Assembly: GCA_018396535.1 (NCBI GenBank)
Contig: JAGTQC010000001.1
Location: 96,001 to 160,000 of the forward strand
Length of the DNA stretch: 64,000 nt
Source: Candidatus Bathyarchaeota archaeon
GTDB taxonomy: Archaea; Thermoproteota; CALKCG01; B24; DRYS01
Direction: 5' to 3'
Part shown: positions 60,708 through 64,000 of the stretch, one piece after another
Numbering within the stretch: position 1 is the stretch's first letter
Layout of the letters: every line of letters begins with the position of its first letter
Translations under genes and position numbers: made by a program
Notes under the pieces: generated by a model
Told to the model about the DNA's origin: nothing
What the model saw: only the letters and a program-made list of their open reading frames with translations
Database searches by the model: none

Positions 60708-60986
60708 CTACACCCCCTCTACAGGGTATACCGTATATATATTCTCCTCCTTCACAACCCTAACCTTCACTCTACGAGGAGGCTTCTCCCTCCCCCTACT
60801 CCATATCAATCTATTCAATTCGTTAGATATCCTTACACGCTCCTCCTCTACGTTCACTTTAAGATGGCGCTTGATAAACTCCCTCACTATCTTAATAGCT
60901 GTCGGAGCTCTATCAGTCCATGGAGCTCTCCACGCATCTCTAAGAGGGATCGTATATATCCTCTCCTCGGTAGAGCTATCACTCAT
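60708..60986 (-). CDS. rpl31e: 50S ribosomal protein L31e
   Basis: ERIYTIPL, RA..AIK.VREF..RH and N..IW.RG..KPP motifs. Confidence 0.96.
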   Translation of the reverse strand: MSDSSTEERIYTIPLRDAWRAPWTDRAPTAIKIVREFIKRHLKVNVEEERVRISNELNRLIWSRGREKPPRRVKVRVVKEENIYTVYPVEGV

Positions 60987-61001
60987 ACCCGACCACCTAG
61001 A

Positions 61002-61157
61002 CTATGCGCCTATTTTAACCCTCCTCCAATGCCTCCTAGTAGGTGTAAACCTAAACCTACCTAAAGTTTTCGCTACAACCCATAGGGGGACAGCCCTACT
61101 CCTCCTCCTCTCAGCTATGAGACGCCTCTTCTTAGCGGCAGGCTTGTATCTAGCCAT
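61002..61157 (-). CDS. rpl39e: 50S ribosomal protein L39e (below the ORF-track size cut-off)
   Basis: MARYKPAAKKRRL......RAVPLWVVAKT......PTRRHWRR, 51 aa. Confidence 0.94.
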   Translation of the reverse strand: MARYKPAAKKRRLIAERRRSRAVPLWVVAKTLGRFRFTPTRRHWRRVKIGA

Positions 61158-61159
61158 AT

Positions 61160-61492
61160 CTATAGCCTCCATATGCGTGTCTCACGCTTCTCGGTCGATA
61201 CAAGCTTAAGTAGTATTTTCTTTAATACATCATCTGTGATAGGTGTAGGTATACGCCCAGATTGAGCAGCTTTTATAAGCTCAAGCTCTAACTGGCGGAC
61301 AAACTCAGGTTTAACCATCCTGAGATTAGCTAGCCTCTGCCTAGCTTCAGGTGTAAGTATCTGAGCTAGAGCTATCTGTATACTCCTCTCACGCTCAGCT
61401 TTAAGCCTCTCCTCTTCAGCAGCCTTCTGAAGCTCTAATAGCCTCCTACGTTTAAGCTCCTCGAATTCAGCATCATACTCCTCGTAGCTCAA
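61160..61492 (-). CDS. PDCD5-family DNA-binding protein
   Basis: ILTPEARQRLANL.MVKPE and ITD..LK..L motifs. Confidence 0.93.
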   Translation of the reverse strand: MSYEEYDAEFEELKRRRLLELQKAAEEERLKAERERSIQIALAQILTPEARQRLANLRMVKPEFVRQLELELIKAAQSGRIPTPITDDVLKKILLKLVSTEKRETRIWRL

Positions 61493-61944
61493 CTCCCGTA
61501 ATACCTCCCGATCTCGGGTAGAGGCTTCTTCTTCAAAACCTCGTGGGCAACCTTATCTAGAAGCGATCTACCTCTAGATGTTAGTATCCTACCCTTATTC
61601 CCATACTTCTCGACTAGACCAGCCTTCTCAAGCTGTTGAAGTATAGTCCTTATAATCTTCCTACTAGCCTTCCTAGAGTGAGCCGGAGCCCTACCCCTCC
61701 TCCGTCTATCAGAATACATGCACGCTAACCTCTCTATACCTATAGGCCCATTCATATAGATCTTCCTCAAGATAGATGCAGCTCTTATATACCACCAATC
61801 ACTTCTCTCCGGAGCCTTCTCCTTAGCTACACCAGTCTTAACTTGCAGATACCACTGCGGCGGCGTTAACTCTTCTACACCCTTCAGTATCTCCGCTAAC
61901 CTCTCCAGTAGATCTATAGGGCGTACATCGTATACTGTAGTCAT
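61489..61944 (-). CDS. rps19e: 30S ribosomal protein S19e
   Basis: VKTG..KE..P...DWWY.RAASILRK.Y and IIR.ILQQLE.AG motifs. Confidence 0.97.
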   Translation of the reverse strand: MTTVYDVRPIDLLERLAEILKGVEELTPPQWYLQVKTGVAKEKAPERSDWWYIRAASILRKIYMNGPIGIERLACMYSDRRRRGRAPAHSRKASRKIIRTILQQLEKAGLVEKYGNKGRILTSRGRSLLDKVAHEVLKKKPLPEIGRYYGS

Positions 61945-61985
61945 ATTCTCTCCTAGAATTCAGGAAATTCTAAATATCCTGTATA

Positions 61986-62909
61986 TTAGTATTCCTCTGC
62001 TATAACCTCGAATATCCTATGCTCGTAATCATATAACGTTTTCGCAGCATCGATGAACCTGGTATACTCATCGTATGATAGATCCCATTTCAAGATGTAT
62101 TCAACCCCACATCTACCGATTATAACAGGTACTCCTACACTAACCTCACCCAGTCCATCAATATCTATGATAGAAGAGCAGCAGAACAGCCTCTTCTGAT
62201 CCAATAGTATAGATTCCACTAATTCAGCAGTATGGTAGGCGGGGCCGTACACGGTCGCACCCTTCCTCCGTATAACTTCCAGAGCAAAATTGAGAAGCCT
62301 AGACTCTATCCTAGCTCTATAATCAACTGATACCATAAATGGTTTACCATCAACCTTAACCATACTGAATATAGGTACCTGATGCTCTCCATGCTCTCCT
62401 ATAACGTATCCCTCTATCCTATCCAATGGTATAGAAAGCTCCTCTGAGAGTATCAATCTAAACCTAGCAGAATCGAGCTGACATCCACAACCTATAAAGC
62501 AACCCCTAGGTAGACCTAGGATACGGTAGATTAGATAATTCATAACATCCACAGGGTTTGTTAGAGTGATAAAGATAGATTCTACTCTATGATCGAGGAG
62601 TTTACGAGCAACCCCAGCTAATATCCTAGCATTATCCTCAGCTAGCTGCATCCTAGATACCGTATCCCTCGTCCTAGGCTTACCTGCAGCTATAACTACC
62701 ACATCTGATCCAGCTATATCGCTATAATCGCCAACTCTAACCTTAGGCTTACCATGTATAGCTATAGCTTGAAGTATATCGTAAGCGTGACCTACCGCTA
62801 CATCCGAAGCTATATCCAGTAATACAAGCTCATCCACTATACCTCTTACAGCTAGCTCATATGCTATACATGATCCTAGAGTACCTACACCTATGATCGA
62901 TACCTTCAA
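61986..62909 (-). CDS. mdh: LDH-like malate dehydrogenase
   Basis: KVSIIG.G..G, AAGKPR, TNPVD, LDSARF and GEHG motifs. TTG 62909 overlaps the Elf1 stop (TTGA). Confidence 0.88.
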   Translation of the reverse strand: MKVSIIGVGTLGSCIAYELAVRGIVDELVLLDIASDVAVGHAYDILQAIAIHGKPKVRVGDYSDIAGSDVVVIAAGKPRTRDTVSRMQLAEDNARILAGVARKLLDHRVESIFITLTNPVDVMNYLIYRILGLPRGCFIGCGCQLDSARFRLILSEELSIPLDRIEGYVIGEHGEHQVPIFSMVKVDGKPFMVSVDYRARIESRLLNFALEVIRRKGATVYGPAYHTAELVESILLDQKRLFCCSSIIDIDGLGEVSVGVPVIIGRCGVEYILKWDLSYDEYTRFIDAAKTLYDYEHRIFEVIAEEY

Positions 62910-63169
62910 CTCCCACCTACCTCTCCTAGATTCAGCTTTCCAGAATACACCATATCGGTCCATGCACCATACGCATCGACTATAGACATATACGGTTTAA
63001 CCTCAACCTCACCTCTAGCACCACATGAACTACATACGACGATAGCTATACCCCTACTCTTATCTATATTCACTGAGACGGATCTACGACCACAAAGAAC
63101 GCATGGGAAAACCTTAGGTAGAACCCTTACCACCCGCTTTATAACCTTCCTCCTACGCCTCCTACCCAT
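62906..63169 (-). CDS. elf1: Transcription elongation factor Elf1
   Basis: MGRRRRRK...LPKVF.C..CG...C..CG.....VD.Y..W.D motif. Confidence 0.92.
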   Translation of the reverse strand: MGRRRRRKVIKRVVRVLPKVFPCVLCGRRSVSVNIDKSRGIAIVVCSSCGARGEVEVKPYMSIVDAYGAWTDMVYSGKLNLGEVGGS

Positions 63170-63294
63170 ACCCATACACCTTTCAGAGTAGAACCTATAC
63201 TAACTTCAAGGTATACACCGTTTTTAAAGTTAGCCCTCTCTATGGAGGGTAAGCCTTAAGTTCTAGGACCTATCAAAGTAGAGGTGGTGTAAAT

Positions 63295-63633
63295 ATGTCC
63301 TTCTACCAGTATATAGACTACCTGTTAAAGGAGAGGAAGAATCTCGAAGATAGGATTAAACATATGTCTAAAGCAGAGTTGGTACAACTTGGTAGACAAC
63401 TCCTCGCTACGTATAGGCAAAGTTTGAAAGGCTTCGATGAATGGTTTACAAACTTCTATGTCATGGATAAAATGGATATAGATATGCTTAAAGATGTGGT
63501 ATTGAACCTTATGCGTATAGGATTCCAGCTCCTAGAGTATGATAGGTATATAACATGGCTATGGTATGAGAAGGAGGAAGCTGAGAGACGTAAGATGCTT
63601 GAGAATAAGGGTAATCAAACCCATATAGTATAG
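63295..63633 (+). CDS. DUF2153-like helical protein
   Basis: SLKGFD.W......M...ML.DV.......LLEYD resembles crenarchaeal DUF2153. Confidence 0.6.
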   Translation: MSFYQYIDYLLKERKNLEDRIKHMSKAELVQLGRQLLATYRQSLKGFDEWFTNFYVMDKMDIDMLKDVVLNLMRIGFQLLEYDRYITWLWYEKEEAERRKMLENKGNQTHIV

Positions 63634-63666
63634 GTTAGCTATAGCATCGGTATAAAGGGTGTACTC

Positions 63667-64000
63667 ATGGATTGTCAACCCCAACTCTACACATACCAGA
63701 AATACCTGAACCAGTACCGGTTAAGCTCGATGCATATTCTACAGCTTTAATACTAGTAGATCTACAGAACGATTTCCTCCATCCTAGAGGAGCGTTATAC
63801 ATGGGTAATGAAGCGCGTAGGATAATAGAGCCTACTAGGAGGCTTATAGATAAAGCAGTATCTAGAGGGGTACGCTTAATCTACACTCAGGATTGGCATC
63901 CGCCAGATTCACCTGAATTCCATATATGGCCTAAACACGCTGTTATGAATACATGGGGTTCAGAGATAATAGATGAGCTTAAACCTACACCTGCATCCTT
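63667..64000 (+). CDS. Isochorismatase/nicotinamidase-family cysteine hydrolase (3'-partial)
   Basis: ALILVDLQNDF...GAL, YTQDWH, WP.H....TWG.EII.EL.P. The frame runs off the window. Confidence 0.9.

Noticed and set aside
60699-60710. rpl31e TAG is in frame with eif6, suggesting amber read-through or pyrrolysine
   Set aside because: L31e is already full length, an SD plus CTG explains eif6, TAG is a common true stop in this window, and no pyl genes are seen.
399-61209. Many antisense ORFs of 60-190 aa opposite well-identified genes (e.g. 12191-12724, 13529-14098, 18665-19216)
   Set aside because: Ser/Ile/Pro-rich mirror translations of real genes with no independent motifs.
1-64000. CRISPR arrays, rRNA, inteins, tRNA introns
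   Set aside because: No regularly spaced repeats or rRNA-like tracts. The RNAP subunits and tRNAs are of normal length.

Overview
Archaeal chromosomal window, TACK/Thermoproteota-like and probably thermophilic. Markers are an unsplit RpoB, a fused RpoA'/A'', L38e, Elf1, DUF2153, and no EF-2 between rps7 and tuf. In order it holds: the end of an ilv operon; an 11-gene operon from aspartate kinase and asd through the archaeal ADH-synthase/DHQ-synthase-II shikimate route to pheA and tyrA; deoxyhypusine synthase; the rpoH-rpoB-rpoA-L30e-nusA-S12-S7-EF1a-S10 cluster; a form III-like RuBisCO followed by a probable C/D-box guide RNA; an ADP-ribosylglycohydrolase/ThuA/Gfo trio; a ~9.7 kb segment between two inward-facing tRNAs (fdhD, nadA, trp operon); tandem purP genes; an uncharacterised membrane/PqqD(RRE)/Yip1 cluster; and a translation cluster (ftsY, pfdA, LX, eIF6, L31e, L39e, S19e, Elf1). 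The most notable signals are: (1) four conserved genes (rpl30e, eif6, ftsY, tyrA) whose N-termini need a non-ATG/GTG/TTG start; (2) a trp operon apparently decaying in its early steps (trpF broken, TrpG nucleophile Cys->Gly) while trpBA look intact; (3) a stand-alone PqqD/RRE gene with no RiPP enzymes nearby. I saw no CRISPR array, rRNA, integrase or transposase. All assignments come from motif recognition by eye; no database search was run.
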